NCBI RefSeq assembly: GCF_000143415.4
Contig: NW_003314273.1
Coordinates: forward strand, 1,518,052-1,582,051
Source of the DNA: Selaginella moellendorffii
Lineage: Eukaryota; Plantae; Lycopodiophyta
Reading direction: 5' to 3'
DNA: 64,000 bases
The notes beneath the pieces are model-generated. The model saw only the letters and a list, made by a program, of their open reading frames with translations, did not search any database and was not told the origin of the DNA. Position 1 is the stretch's first letter, and the number at the start of each line of letters is the position of its first letter. The position numbers were made by a program, and so were the translations under genes. Of this stretch, positions 26,912 through 42,062 are shown piece by piece.

Positions 26912-27790
26912 CTCCCCCTCGATTTGATGGTGAGGAAATCAGAATATCACGGAAGAGTCTCCTGATCCATAGTGCCTCCTTGACAGCTTCAGTCACCACG
27001 TTGTACTCTGCCTCACAAGAAGAAAGTGCCACCATTCTCTGTTTCTGACTTCACAACAAAACAATCGCATTACCAAATTTGAAAGCGTACCCTATGGTAG
27101 ATCTCTGTCATCAAGATCTCCTGCTAGATCTGCATCAACCATCCCGTATGAGATAATTGATCCTGCTCCAATTTCTTCAGTGGTTGAACTCCAGAAAGAG
27201 GGAGGCTGTTTCTTCCACGTAGTTGAAAATCCGTTCTACTGCATACCAATGGCACTTACCTGGATTTTGCATAAACTGGCAGACTTGAGAGACTTGCTGC
27301 AACATCAGGACGACTTGCTGTAGCTAGGTACATCAAATCACTGACTCCTTTCTGATATGGCAACCTCCTTGGAACATGGTTCGTCTGCTTTGAAAGTTTG
27401 GAAGCTTGAAGAGCTGGAGTAGGAGCTGCTCGCCACTAAAAGAACATCCTGTACTCAAGAAAACTTGCAATATATTTATGTTCATTGAATTTTATGCTCA
27501 CGAGAGATTGTAATCCTAAGCAATAGGAAATCTTACCCAGACCGGTGATCTTTAATTGCTGTGATAGCTGCGTTTTCAGCCAATTAAGGCTTACTGTTTT
27601 GCCTTTCATAATTAGATTATCCATGAAAACACATACCAGAATACGTGACCCAGCAATGATGATACAGATTCCAATCTGCTTTGGTTCTGAAAAAATCAGT
27701 TGTTAGAAAAAAAAAAATTATTCAATGTTTTGTATGAGATCCTAGGAGATTGTTTGAGTCAGTAGATGGATAATTTGAGTTCAGAGACGT
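26912..27790 (-). pseudogene. Ty1/Copia RT-RNase H remnant with PPT
   Basis: Minus-strand VALSSCEAEY motif near 27003-27033; MYLATASRPD-like RT motif; PPT GAGGGGGAG followed by TGTTGGA (start of a 3' LTR) at about 26905-26920. Confidence 0.75.
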
Positions 27791-27799
27791 TCCTTGTAT

Positions 27800-30700
27800 C
27801 TAGAGTTCATGGGCCCAGTACAATTTGTGTTTCCACAACTTCTGAAACACTAGCTCCAAGTGTTTCAAATGATCCTCTAACGTTTCACTGAAGACTAGAA
27901 CATCGTTGATGTATAGAACAACAAATGTTTCCAAATAATCTCTGAATATTCTATCCATCATAGTTCTAAACGTTGTCGGAGCATTACATAACCCTAACGG
28001 CATGACAAGGAATTCATAAGATATATACCGAGTCTTAAAGGCTGTCTTCTCCACATCCTGATCTGCCACCCGTATCTGATGATACCTGGACCGCAAATCA
28101 AGTTGTGTAAAATACTTAGCCTTTAAAAGTTGGTCAAACAAGTCATCAATGCAAGGCAAAGGATAACTGTTTTTAACCGTGATTTTGTTGAGTGCCCAAT
28201 AGTCAATACACATCCTCATGGTTCCATCCTTTTTCATAACAAAAAAGACCGGCACTTCATAAGGTGACTTGCTTAGTCAAATATGACCTTTGTCAAGAAG
28301 GTTCGTGAGTTGCTTCTTGAGTTTAGCCATCTCTCTGATGTTCAACTGATATGGACCTTTCATAGGTGGTTTAGAACCCGGAATAACCTCAATCCGATGA
28401 TCAACCTCACAACTAGGAGGTAGCTCTGGTGGCAAATCCTTTGGGAAGATATCCTTATTCTGCTCCAATATCTTCTTTGGTACAAGATCAACCTTGTCAC
28501 CGATTTGAATTGAGTCACCCACACCCTCAACTTCCATCACTTGAACCCAAAAGGTTCGGCATCCCTTCTTAGTTGTTTTTTGAGTGGCTCTCCCAGTCAG
28601 GAAATTAGCATCCCAATCCTTTGAGGAGCGCTTTTGCAACTGGAAGGACACATCAAGACGTCCTTCTGACTTCAATGTGATGCGACTTTGTCCAGCACCA
28701 TAAATCCCTTTTATATATTTATTGAAGAAATCCATACCGAACACCACACGAGACCTTGTCTTATGCTTGTTGGGACATTCCAAGGACCTATGTCCTGACT
28801 CTCCACAATGGAAGTAATGACCCACACTACCCATTCCACTAGGAGTAGGTTTCACAGGTTGTTGTTGCTTGTACCCACTAGGAGGAGAAATAGAGGGCCT
28901 AGGACTAGAAGAAGTTGCTGGTGCTCTCCAACCACCACCACCACCTTTGTTAACCGTTGTTTGTGAGCCCCCAGGGCAGAACCTGCCTTCCACCCTCTGT
29001 TTCCAATCACCTTATTTATTCCCAAAATTCTTATTCTTGTCTGAGGTACTAGCATACGGCTGCTGATATTGTTCCATGAGCGAGTGACTAAAGGCAACTT
29101 GTTGTGCTGCCTCCTTACAGTCCAAGTATGTCTTCAAGTTAAACTTCAAAATCTCATTGTGAGAAAGTGAATTTAAACCCTCCAAGAAATAACTCCAAGG
29201 ATCTTCGTCACTCATATTTGTAATCATAATGTGCTTCTGAGCAAACGCATTAACGTAATGCATGAGGTCCCCTCGCTACTTTAACTGCCGCAGCTCCACA
29301 CAAAGTCTTAGACCCATCCGGCAAGTATTCCTTATGGATACGAGACTGCATCTTAGTCCAACTTCTAGTCTGCACTTTTTCAGCACACACCTTGCACCAC
29401 CAAGTTTTGGCATGATTGGTGAGGAAGGATTGCACACACGCAACTTTTGTATGATCATCTACGTCTGCCGCTATGAAATAACTTTTCATATTGTAGACCC
29501 ATCTTCCAAAACCTATAGTCCCGCATGCCTCTAAAATTGGGTGGTTTTGGAGGCTTGAACTTTGAAACTGACAGTTGCAGAACTTCATCATCCTCAAAAC
29601 TTGAAAAGGAGTTCGGTTGCTTAGGCCTAGCTGGTTTAGCTGCCTCAACTTCTTTCTTTCTCTTTTTGTTCTCCTTCTTCAATTTGTGAATCTCCCTTTG
29701 CAAATTCTCGATCTCGACTTCTTGAGCCATACGCTGCAGTGCTGCAACATCTAGCTCTTCCTCTTCTGACTCAAGCTTTACCTCTTCCACAGCATCTCTA
29801 GTAGGAGTTTCCTCCTCTCGATTCACCCGTCTAAAGGTTTCAGCATCATCAGCATGGTTTCATTTCACCATTCCGCTAGCTACATGCATGCCTCTATCAG
29901 TAATTGAACATGGATACAACATTCTTACCGAATGGTGCAATCCAACTAATCCTACACAAGTTGCTTTGGATTTACTAGAAAAGTCTCTGCATATGCAACT
30001 TGAGTCAGAAAATCCGACTAAAGTTGGATAGGAATCGCTGAGACAATTCCTTTGATACCAAATGTAGCACACTTGAATTTGGAGCCATATTCCAAGCCCA
30101 TTGCGCTACAAAACAAGGGTCCAGTATAATCCCACGAGCACCAACTCCCCGTATTTAGCACCTGCATGCAAAATGGTGTCAGATGGAGTTTGGCACACTT
30201 TTGGCATACTGGTGGCCTAACGCGAGGAGGAGGGTACCCCACCGACTAGAGTAGTGTGGAGCTTGAGCTTAGACCCAAGCCGGACGCAGAACAAGGAGCT
30301 ACACAGCCTAGCGGGAGCCAAACTAATGTCTCAAGTGGCTGGACATGCATTCCAACCACTATCCCTACTATATATTTGGAACCCCCTATAGCCTCCCCCC
30401 CTTGAGGAACAAGCTTTGGGCTTTCACCCCAAGCCTCCTTTAGTACTAAGAGTTAGTCTCTAGGACAAGTTTGAAACTTACTAAATATGGAATATCCCTA
30501 GATTGCGAATTTGGACACGGGACAAACACCATTGTGTTCAGACCAATCTCTACATTCTGTAGATATGCCAAATGAGCAAATCCAGACACTTTCCATAAAT
30601 AGCATTTGGAACTAAAATGAGACCAACACAAAGGGTATGATAGTGAGGGTGTTTGGCAGATACGGTAAGTTATCATTCAGCGATATTGAGGGACTAGTCT

Positions 30701-30975
30701 TAATACGTGGGGGTTCTTGATACTAGCAAGTGTAAGACAATGACACGAGTTTCTCAAACCAGACCGAGTATGCTCAGCAAGAAACACATAGGGTTCCTAC
30801 CTTATGTTTATCCAATTTAAGTACAAGGTCATTGACCAGTTTTTCAACTAGCTCAAGTGGGAACGATAAAGGGAACCAACTATACCAACCTTCTGCTGTT
30901 ATGGCAGTAAGGAAAGAGTGTCCATAAAAACTGGCTGACAAGTATCTTTTGATACCCAAAGTCACATTCACAACA
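27800..30975 (-). mobile_element. Truncated Ty3/Gypsy element: 5' LTR (family H, 30063-30975), PBS-Met, decayed gag-PR-RT
   Basis: PBS TGGTATCAAAG near 30050-30060; gag motifs; RT motifs [32 protein letters not shown] (27800-28255), chromovirus-like in style. Confidence 0.82.
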
Positions 30976-31383
30976 GATTTGAGATAGACTCTGAGAAGGA
31001 ATCCGAGATGGAGTCCAAGATAGGACCTGAGATAGAGTCCAAGAAAGAGTCCAAGATGGAGTTCAAGAAGGATTCTAAGAAGGAGTCCAATATGGACATG
31101 TGATAGACTTGAGATAGAGGGCAAGATGGAGTCTGAGGTGGAGTCCAAGATGAATCTAAAATGGAGCCCGAGATGGAGTCTGATATGGACCCAAGAGGGA
31201 CCCAAGATGGAGTCCAAGATGGACGTAAGATGGAGTTCGAGATGGACTCGAAATGGAGTGAGAAGTCAAGAACGAGACTAAGATCGAGATTGAGACTGAG
31301 ACCGAGACTGTGACCGAGTCCTAGACCGAGTTGGAGACTGAGTTTGAGATTGAGTTTGAGTTCAAGTCCGAGTCTAAATCTGA
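30976..31383. repeat. Degenerate 12-mer/hexamer array derived from a family A-type LTR (reverse orientation)
   Basis: GAGATGGAGTCC-like and GAGACC/GAGTCC-like units. Confidence 0.75.
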
Positions 31384-32062
31384 TGTAGCACGTGGTTTTT
31401 AGCCTTTATCCTATAGTGATTTACCATAGGATAACCATGAAGTAGAATCTAAACCCTCTATGTGCCACATGTCACATGCCATGTGCCATATACCATATGT
31501 CCAAAGGACAATGGTGCAAAACTCAAGTTTCAGGATCTTGGGATACTAAACGAAAGAACAAAGCCAAACTCCTAAGCATGGAGCCAAGGAGCGATAACAC
31601 TAGAGCATAGAACAACTCCCAAACGTACAGCTTAAGGAGTGAAGGGATAGGAGCACTGAGTGACTTGGAACAGTCCTAGATCATTCAACATTCCAATGCC
31701 AAAACCAGTATGCAAAAAAGAGCCAAATGGAGTCTGGCGCATACCGATGGCTTAACGCGAGGATATGGGTACTTCACCAGCTAGCATGGTGTGGAACTTG
31801 GGCTTAGACCCAAGCCGGATGTAGAACAACAGAATTAACAAGTCAGGTTAAGTATGCTTGGCTAAATAAACACTTAGGAATTCTGTCCTTATGCTCGTTC
31901 GGCCAAACACAGATGCAAAGTCTAGTTTATTAACACTTGAACAAGAGGGAATGATAAAGGGTCCAACAATATCGACCTCCTGCCGTCATAGCAGTAAGAA
32001 AAGAATATCTGATAAGACTAGTAGAAAAGTAACTTTCGATACCCAAAATTACATTTGCGACA
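31384..32062 (-). repeat. Family H LTR (internally deleted) followed by a PPT
   Basis: TGTAGCAC...TTTGCGACA termini; similar to 54931-55403 and to the 58314 end; CCCTCTCCCC immediately 3' on the plus strand. Confidence 0.7.
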
Positions 32063-32699
32063 CCCTCTCCCCCTTAAGGAAGATCAATGTCCTCATCAAT
32101 GCATACTCTAATCTAGAACACTGCCAAGGAAACAACTCTAGAAAAAGTTCATAGTATTCACACTTTGTGAGAAATGCACCAACTTAAATGGGTTATGATG
32201 CAACCTCTTTGCCTAACGCAGATGCACTACTAACTCAGACACCTTTTAGTTGTCACTGACAAAGAAATGACCAATGGAGTTAGCCACCCTTGCTACTCTG
32301 GGTGTCACTAGCTTACAAAAGTGTGATATACCCTTGCCCATAGGTGGCATAGCTAGAGGCCCTAACCCTCATAAGCAAAGAAACCAAACCCATTGGTAAG
32401 GTTTAGATAAACTATTGTAAATAGGCAGCTAGAGTTGTTTACACGGTTACGGCCTTTAAAATGGAATAAAGAACATCGATAGAGAGGCAGATGATGTGAC
32501 TAATTGACAGTAGTTACCCCATGACTAAAGATTTCACCATGCACACAAAATGCCAAAGCCAGTCTGCCTATATTGGCCCAAACTCAAAGATCAATAGATG
32601 GACAATATTAAAGTCATAGACAATGATATCTTAGAGATTTAATTATCAGTGAATAAATTTTAAATTAGAACATAAAAGTATTCCAAGTAAGTTATCATT

Positions 32700-34800
32700 T
32701 TTGGCCCCTTTGCTAAACGTGGACCCCAACCTCGTCGTGTTCCCCTTTCGCAGGTTATCGTTGAAATGCACCTTGATAGCCGCATTCAACGCTTCTTTGT
32801 AATTAGTCGGGTTCCAACGCATCACCTTGCTGCAAGCCTAGGTTTGGAAGCCCAATATGAAGGCATGGAATGCATCCATATCCCCTATATCCGTGACAAG
32901 TATCCTCTTTGCAATAAACCCATTCATATACTTTTGAATGGTTCCGGTCTGCTTCAGCCTACTCAGCTCGTCTCTTAGATACAGAGTAGCATTCGGATGA
33001 ACGTAAGTCGTGCGGATCCTCGCCTTCATCATGTCCCAAGTGGCCACTAGTCCTTCATTGGCCTCTGTCGTTCTCCACCAAGACTTGGCATTATCTGCCA
33101 AGTATTGTTTTGAACATGGGACTTTCTCCAAGCTCGATAACTGCAACGCTCGGAAGTAGTCCTCCATATCATAAAACCAATCCTCCACCACCTTATAGTC
33201 GTTCACTCCCTTGAAGACCGGTGGGGGCTTTAGTTTGTACTTGGGAACTGCCTGAGGGACTGATTCCACTTCGGTCTGTTTGACCTTGTTTGGTTCTACC
33301 TCAGTCCCTACCGAAGGGTCTGCACCTTCTGCGCTGCCAACATCCGCAGTCTTTCGCTTTTTCTTCCACTTCTCGTCATGCTTTAGCTTGCATACAAGAG
33401 TCTCCAACAGGGCATTGGTCTGTGCCAATTGTCCTTCTAGAACGTCCAATCGAGCCTTGGATGACCGCACCTCGCCACCGGACTCCTGTTTGGAAGTTTC
33501 CTCACTAGAGTCCTCCTCATGCAAGGATTCCTCATCCATAGCCTCTTCTTCGACCGGAGGCTCCAGCTCTGGAGGAGGTTTCATCTCCGCCTTGGTTCCT
33601 TTCCACCCTGCCTTTGCCATCTCTCAGCAATCCGCCTCTATCCTTCTCTAGAACTGAGGAAAAAGCTCCGATACCAAATTGTAAGCCACAAATTTTTCCT
33701 TTTCAATTTGCCAGCGTACCTCGTCTATCCGTCCAACACTGCCTTAGTTTTTGCTAAGTTCCCTTGCCAAGGTTCCCGCCTATGGTACCAGCTCCTACTT
33801 GGTCCTACTTGGTTTCAGCTACTCACTGCACGAGCAACGGAGTGTTAGCCATCCATCCACGAATTCCCAAATCTCTCCCAATCCCCCTCCTGGGGTTAGA
33901 CTGGACTTAAGGTTCGGTTACACTTCCCGCAGGCACAAGCAGCTAAGCACACCAAGCCTCCAGGTTCCTAACATCCCTTGGTACAACAAGACTTGATCAT
34001 GGGACCCTCTAAATCCCAAGCCTTGGGTGCAACACTTGCTTCGGGACGCCAGGGCGAAACACCATGGCCTAACGGCCCAGTATAGGTACCTCTACCCCCC
34101 CCCCACTTCCATCCCGAAAGAAGGCCCAAGCCCCTAGGAAGGGCGAGGACCATTGAGCCACATGGTACTCAAGTGGGGCACCACTCCACATGAGCTAGGA
34201 GCACCGTAGTCGGTTTCCCTTTCGGGAGTGGGAGCTGCTCATGAGCATTTCCTGGGGTGGCCCCTCCGGCACCACTCAAGTCTCTATTCACTCCCACCCA
34301 AGGCCCCTTGGCCACAGTCTCAACCTCAAGTCAATTTGGAAGCACCACTAGAGAGTTCCTTCAAGACTGGTTCCTGGACCTCACTATCCCTACTTTTGGA
34401 ACCCCCCTCCCCCAAGGAGATGCACGCTTTGGGCTTTCACCCCTTGACCCGTATTAGTACTCGGACTCAGTCTCAGACTTGATCTCGGACTCGATCTCGG
34501 ACCCGACTTCGGACTCGGTCTCGGACCCGACTTCGGACCCGATCTCGGACTCGACTTCGGACTCAACCTTGGACTCGGTCTTGGACCCGATTTGGATCTC
34601 GGACTCTGTCTCGAACTCGGTCTCAAACTCGGTCTCCAATTCGGCCTTGGACTCGACCCGGACTCTATCTCAAACTTGGTCTTAGAGTCAGTCTTGGACT
34701 CGATTTTGGACTCGGTCCCATCCGATGAACTCTTTGTCATTTTGGTCATGCTTTCGGGGATCCTTTAGCCTACGACACTTTGGCGAGTTGGTTCCTTACA
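32700..34800 (-). mobile_element. gag: Ty3/Gypsy 5' fragment: LTR family I (33680-34800), PBS-Met and gag (32838-33620)
   Basis: LTR TGTAAG...CTTACA; PBS TGGTATCGGAGC; gag motifs KPPPVFKG...WFYDMEDYF...AKSWW...LKQTGTIQKY. Confidence 0.85.
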
Positions 34801-36699
34801 GATACATTTATTACGTGTCATAATTTTTCTAGGCATGCACAAGTAAGAAAATTGGGCACTTATAACTCTTGTCTTTGAGTCCAATTTAAAAATAACTAAA
34901 GCCAACCTTAGTGAAGAACAAATTGGGGAATTATTGACCCAAATCTTACGAAGCTTTAACAAGGCAGCTTTTTATCCAAGGTCCTTTACCTTGGACAATT
35001 ACTCAAACATGGTTTGAGAGTAGACTTGTCTTAAGTTTAAGTCTTCTATGCATATTGCAAGAGCCTATGAAACTCAAATAAAACTCATAAGTCAAAAATT
35101 TGAATATGGTTATCACGAACCGTTATAATTATTCAAACCACTCTACATTTAGTACACCTAGGCAAAGTAACCAAGGCTCATCTCTTATACATAGAAAGTT
35201 TGCAAACACTACTTAGTGTGAAAGATGTCACTCTCCTATATATTGTGAGAGCACTCACATCACATTTAGCTCTATAGAGAGGAATCAAGGGCAATCATGT
35301 GAAACACACCCCATATCCTCTGAAGTAAGGCATAGATAAAAAGTAAATATACAAGTGAATAGGCATGAAAATCTGTCTTTCAAACTAATTGAGCGATGCT
35401 CAATTACTAAGGGAAATACTCACCACTTTAGGTGTGAAATACCCTTTGCAAGACATGAACCACCCTTTATAAGATGTGATCCACAAGTGTATATACCTCC
35501 TCATAGGAGAGAATTACCACTTAATGAATATTTTCCACATAAGCAAAATTATACAATTACTCTAGTAAGAGTTATAGCTTAATTTCCACCTATATTTGAA
35601 ACACACAAATCACCTTATGTGCTAATCAAGCTTTTGCCAAACAAAGTAGTTGAGAGGCTTCATGTCATAAATGTTGAACAAAGAGTTGTAGAGCTTGTTG
35701 CTAGGTGTAGGTGTCAGTCTTGGAGACACTACAACCATTTTTTTGATCTCTAGAGAACTAAAGCAAACTTAGAGATAAAAAGGGTTTTGTTTAAAAAGGT
35801 GAAACAAGCCTTAGACACTCTAAGAAATTCTGAAATGCATTGTAAAGCTAAAAAAAAATTGTCACATAAACTTGAGTAAAGATTTGTATTGATTATAACC
35901 ACTTGTTGGCAAAAAAGTTAAAGAGAAATTTGCCTTAAAAAGCAATTTTTATTTAGATCTAAAGCAAAGTCTTTCATAAATTAGGTATGATATGTTTAAA
36001 AAACAACTTAACATCATTTCACAAAAAAATTGATCTAGAATAGGCTATCATGTGCTAGACAATTTGACTCTTATGTTGATTTCACAGAGCAGTTTCATGG
36101 AATAGTCTTCACGCCCCATCCAAATTAGTCCGTAGTGTTGATTCATTTAAAAGAGGTTTGCCCAAAATTTGCCAAGAGCAATAGGCCACTTTTTCTAATT
36201 TCACAGTTGTAAGGGCAAAGTTAGCTATCAACTTGAGGGTAAGACCCACTGTGAAGTAGGCAAGCTACTCTAGAATTAATTATTAAGTGCTAAAAGCTTT
36301 GCATTGAATTAATCTTAACAACACTAAACATGGGTAAAAGGAAAGATCCTCTTGTGCACTTAGGTGAAGAGATTGAGGATTCCTGACCCTCCACAGTCTT
36401 AATAGAAGTTCATTGGGGGAGTTAAGGTAGACAAAATAAGAATTTTTACCAGTGATCTATCATACATATTAGAAGATATATTTTACTTATAAACCCATAT
36501 AGAAGTTAGTTAATCCCCATTCTATGTGACTAGGTAAAAGTATAAGAAAACAAAAACTAAATTATCTTGTGTCTCTAACTAGGCTAGCAAATGATAGATT
36601 TAATGAAATTAATTAAATAGATAGACAAATTACCGAGTGGAATACTTTATAATATTCTGCTCAAGATATACAAAAGTCTTACTCCTGGTACCTTTACTA

Positions 36700-39600
36700 T
36701 TGTCAAAGAAGGTTTGATAATACATATAGATTACTTTGTAAGTACATAGTGTAAGCAAGACTTATATATGTGGAATTATCTCTATAAAAAGAAAATAGTA
36801 CCTAGATTCTTCTTATACAGAGAAATAGTTTGCCTATCTAAGCTAAACATAAATCTTAAGTATTATAACTTATAAAGGATTTATAAAATTCTGCCTACTA
36901 GAAAATTGCTAAAACTTTATGCAATCATAAGCAAAGAAGCTATTATGGGAACTTTAACGGTTCACAATAAAGTTATAGGCAGAAATACATTTGCTGATAA
37001 TTGGGCTAATAGATGTTGGATAAATTCCAAATTTAGATTGATATGCAACAAAATTTTATGGAGTAAAAATTTCTTAAAATGAACTACATCTCAATGATAT
37101 TGATATGCTGTGAAAAACAACATTTGTTACTCGAGAAATTTATGCGACTTTTATATAAAAAATATCCTAGATATTTGGCCTCTAGAGGAAAGCTATACCC
37201 ATTTTGAAATTGATTGGGAAGTTAAGTGCTTGCTCCTAAGAGTGACTAATAGGCTAATTTACAAGGGGAATACATTAAATAACAAAACCTTGTACCATTT
37301 TATAAATGAGGTATAATAGCTAGGTGTGCCATAATATCAATGCCAACAAACCTCAAAATATATAAATATAGACTAACAATTGATTTTACCTATAAAGGTT
37401 TAGAGGGCATAGTCCCTATGTATAAAATTGTCACTGTTTATACCAAACAAAGTAATAAATATATAACATTTCCCTCACAATTTGATGAGCAAAAGGCAGT
37501 TTGAAAATAAGTATTCACAAGATCTAAAATGAGATTACAGAGCACTTACTCGTGATATTCACGATCTTAACCTCCCTATACAACAATTTAAATCATTACT
37601 CAATCAAGCTAAAGAAAAGTTTAAAAGAGAGAAAATTGAAAGCATATTAGATACACTTCAAGGAAGAGGAAATCAAAAATCTTAATACAACTTTAATAGT
37701 CATTCAAAATACATGAATCCATACACTACTCCTCTTTTGCAGCATCGACATATAAAAAACACCTCTACTTTTGCTAAGGGTAGTGGAATACAAAACAACT
37801 AGAGTGACTCCCTATAATAGGAAGAAGACCTAAATTTACAGCTCTTACCCTCTAACTATGATCCAGGTTCCCTTACGAACCAAACATCTATTTTGCATAT
37901 AGTAGTTGCAACATAGAGTATTTTCTGTCAAATTGCAATAAGTACAATGACAATTGTAAGAACGGCAATATATATCATCACATATACATCTTTTTCTGGA
38001 ATTAAAGGAAAGGACCCATAACTGCATAAGGAGCAATATACAGAAGCAATTAAACTTAATCAAGTAGATGGGCATGAAAAGAATCTTTTCTCCTATATGC
38101 TCAAAAACAAAGCAAAAAACTAGTACTATGATAATGATGTCAAAAAGTTCAGTATATTTGATGAACAAATAAAGGTTTTTTTTAAAGCTTTCTCCATAAA
38201 AACAAACCTAGGAGAAATCTATGATGAGTTACAAAAGTTTCATCAAGGAAAATCTGAGACAATTGAGGAATATACAACTCGATTCAACAAGCATTATAAA
38301 CATTGTAAAGACTTAGTGTTAGACAAAATGTGCCTACACCTACATATACATGACCTCAAGAAAATTTATCATGAATATGCGATAAAGAGAGCTCATATAA
38401 ATTTTGATGACTTAAAAAAGTTATGATTGCCTACTAAGATCTCATAAATCAATATGACATAGAAGATATGGTGAAATAAGACTAAAAGATGACTCTTATA
38501 GACAAGGAAACTAATTATATAAGAAGCTTCAAATTACAAGCCAATCTCAAACAAGAGATTTGGTGTACCAAATGCAAAAATGAAGGCCATAGCAAGGAAA
38601 AATGCAAACCTTAATTAATCAAGTGTCAATTTTGTGAAAAAGAGGGGCATTTAGGTAAAGAGTGCAGAACCTTGTTTAAACAACTAGGAGGTTAACAAAT
38701 AGCCCAAGTTAATAAAACAACACATAAGCAAAATTATCCATTTGATAATAGAAGTTATCGTTCGAGGAATGATTACAATATGCCAAATGTGAATACCCAC
38801 ATACTAAAAGGTAAGATGACCATTGGGATTATCCACTATGGGTAATTTTTGAGATTATCCACCTAACCATGAGGACTGTAGGCCTAGAGACTATAATCAA
38901 CCTAGAGAATATGATTAGCATAGAGGCTATAATAGGCTTAGATATTATAAAATGCCAAAAAAGTATAATTAAGCAAAGACTTTTATTCGCTATCTTAGGT
39001 TATACAATTAAGTTAAATCATCAAGCAAAAATGATAAGCCTTCTATGGTTACACAACCTGCAACTAAGCACATTGAGATTGACCTTAATTTATGATTGGG
39101 AAGAAGGCTTAGATGATTTCCAAGAACAATCAATCTTAGAAACTTTTCCTAAAATTGAGTCAATTTTAAAAGTTGATCTTTATTCAATACTCAAAGAAAT
39201 ACTTAAGCAAGAACCCCTAGACCAAAGATCAATACAGCCATAAAAGATTTCTCCTTAAAAAAGGATTTTGCTTATAAAATTGATCAATAAAGAAACTATG
39301 TTTTACATGTTTCTTATGATCAACCACTTAAGTAAATCAAATTTAGTAAATGAGGATAATCTGCATGCTGTTACAAATGCTCAAAGATTGCAAATTAAAT
39401 TTCACAATCAAACCATATATTTACTAAAATATTACAAGGATATTTTTGCCTGGTTTTACACAGATTTAAAAGGCATCCCGCCAGAACTCTATATGCATCA
39501 TATTGAGATATACTTGGAAAATATGTCTAAAATGTAGATGCTCTTAAAATGAATTCTAATTTACTAAGGTAAAGTCAAGGAGGAAATTGATAAACTTCTC

Positions 39601-42038
39601 TACATAAAATTCATTTATCCAATCCAAAATGCTCAAAACTTTCACCACTTCTAATTGTGTCTAAGAAATATAGCAATTTACAAGTTTGTGTAAATTATGA
39701 AAAGCTAAATGATGCAACAAAAAAAGATATGTTTTCTATTCCTTTCATAAATGAAATTCTGGATTTAGTAGTAGATCATGAAATGTATTCATTTTTTTAA
39801 TAGATTTTTGGGTTATATCCAATTCAAAGTAGCACTTGAAAATCAACACAAAACAACTTTTATAAGCCCATGAAGAATTTATGTCTATTGCAAAATACCT
39901 TTTGGTTTATGTAATGATCTTTTTATATTTCAAAGAGTTATTGTAAACACTTTTAAAGAATATTTCATTGATTTTATAAGAGTTTTCATAGATGATTTTA
40001 GTGTCTTCAACTCCAAAAAGGAACATTTAATATGCTTGCAAAAATATTTCCAAAAATATAGAGAATATAGCATTTCTTTTAATCTAGAGAAATGTAATTT
40101 TTTTGTAAATTCAAGCACACTTTTAGGTCATATTATATGCAAAAAAACATCCTTGTAAACAAAGATAAAATTCAAAAGATTGAGACAATGTTTTTACCAC
40201 ACAATTTAAAAAGTCTCTGTTTCTTTCTAAGTAAAGTTCGCTACCATAGGCAATTTATGAAAGCTTATATAAAGATTGTTAAGCCACTTACTGATCTTTT
40301 AAAAAAAAATACTCCATTTATATGGAATTTGTTTTGTTAAAAAGCAGTTTTAAGGCTTAAATAATGCATCAAAAAGACACTTATACTTATTAAGCCCAAA
40401 TGAACAAAAGAGTTTCACCTATAAGTGGATATTTTTGATATTGCTATAGATACAATATTGTTCCAGACACAAAGTGATTAAAAGGATCATGCTATCTACT
40501 ATGCTAGTAGACGTTTAAATCCTATTGAACATAATTACATAATGACTGAAAAAGAAGCCTTAAACATAATTTAAGCTTTACAAAAATGTAGACATTATCT
40601 TTTGGCAATAAAAGTAATTGTCTTTGTTGACTATAAGGCTCTTTTATAAGCCATATATATCTACTCGACTAACTAAATGATTTTTACTACTACAAAAATA
40701 TAACCTTAAAATAGTATAAAGATTTGAAAAATTCCATAAACAGGCCGATTGCCTAATCCGCATCACTACAAGAGAGTCACCTAATACTAAGGTAGAAAAA
40801 CTCCTATTTGTTCATTATTTGTAATTTTTATGCCTACCACTTGGTTAAAAGATATACAAATCTATTTTTGTATAGGCACTGTTCCACCCCATTATAACTC
40901 GCCAAAGAAAAAGAAATCATTTGTCTTGTAGACACAACTTTGCTCTGTCGTGGGGGAGCACTTATATAAATTAGGCATCGATAGAACACTAAGAAGATGT
41001 GTTAATAGGCAAGAAGAAAAAAATAAAATTCTAAAGGAAGCTCACTTATCCCCATTATAAAATCACAGTTAAAAAAGTCTTACAAGCAACGCTATGGTGG
41101 CCTATGCTTTGAAAAGATATAGCAATTTTATGTAAAAATTGTAATATTTACTAAAGGCATAAACTACCACCTAAAACAAAATCCATGAATGAAATCCTAA
41201 CTATTCATATGAAGCATTTCATAAATGGGGATTGGATTTTATGGGTCTTATGGTGACAAGAAGTAAGAGGAACAAATACATTTTAGTCGCCACTAATTAT
41301 GTGACTAAATGGGTAGAAGCTATACCTATAAAATAAACCTCAACCACTAACATTGCCAAATTCCTTTATGAAAACATCATTGTAAGATTTAGTTTGCATA
41401 AGGAGATCGTCACAGATAGAGACACCCATTTCATCAATGAAATAATAGAAATTCTTGTACAAAAATTCATTCTTAATCACAAAAAGTTTATGCCATATTA
41501 CCCACAAGGGAATAGTCAGGCTGAATCAACTAGCAAAGTGCTTAAAAACATCTTGAAAAAGATTGTAAAGGACAATTAAAAAGACTTTGATAAGGAAATC
41601 CTAGATGCTTTATGGGTTTATAGGACTACGTATAAAGTATTCATATGCATGACACCATCTCGTCTTACTTATGGCCAGGAAACTTTAATGCTTATGGAAT
41701 TTATAATTCCCTCTTTGCATATTGCAATTAAAAATGGCTTAGATGAAAAAGAAGCTCTTAAGTAAAAACTTGCCAAAATAGAAAACTTAAACAAGCTTAA
41801 GCTTAGAGCAATCTAGACCCTACACACAATTCAAAAAGCCAAAAATGCTAAACATGATAGACAATTGAAAATCATTTATAAGTTTAAGCCAAGAGATAAA
41901 ATCCTTTGGTATCAAAGCAAAATAGATATTCTTATAAACAAATTCAAGAGAAAATGAAATGCTCTCTAATTATTTTGTTTAAAATATTAACTCTAGGAAT
42001 GGATGAAGTGCATAACTTAAACGGGGATGATACTACAA
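36700..42038 (+). mobile_element. Heavily decayed, AT-rich Ty3/Gypsy element D (gag, RT, RH, IN remnants), related to element B; resumes at 54432
   Basis: WCTKCKNEGH knuckle near 38561; YKDIFAW...KGIPPE; FIDDFS; integrase WGLDF and YPQGNSQAE motifs. The left boundary is approximate. Confidence 0.8.
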
Positions 42039-42062
42039 AAGCTCTATTTCGTTAAAGTGGGA
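42039..42062 (+). repeat. Left terminal inverted repeat
   Basis: Exact reverse complement of 54408-54431. Confidence 0.95.
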
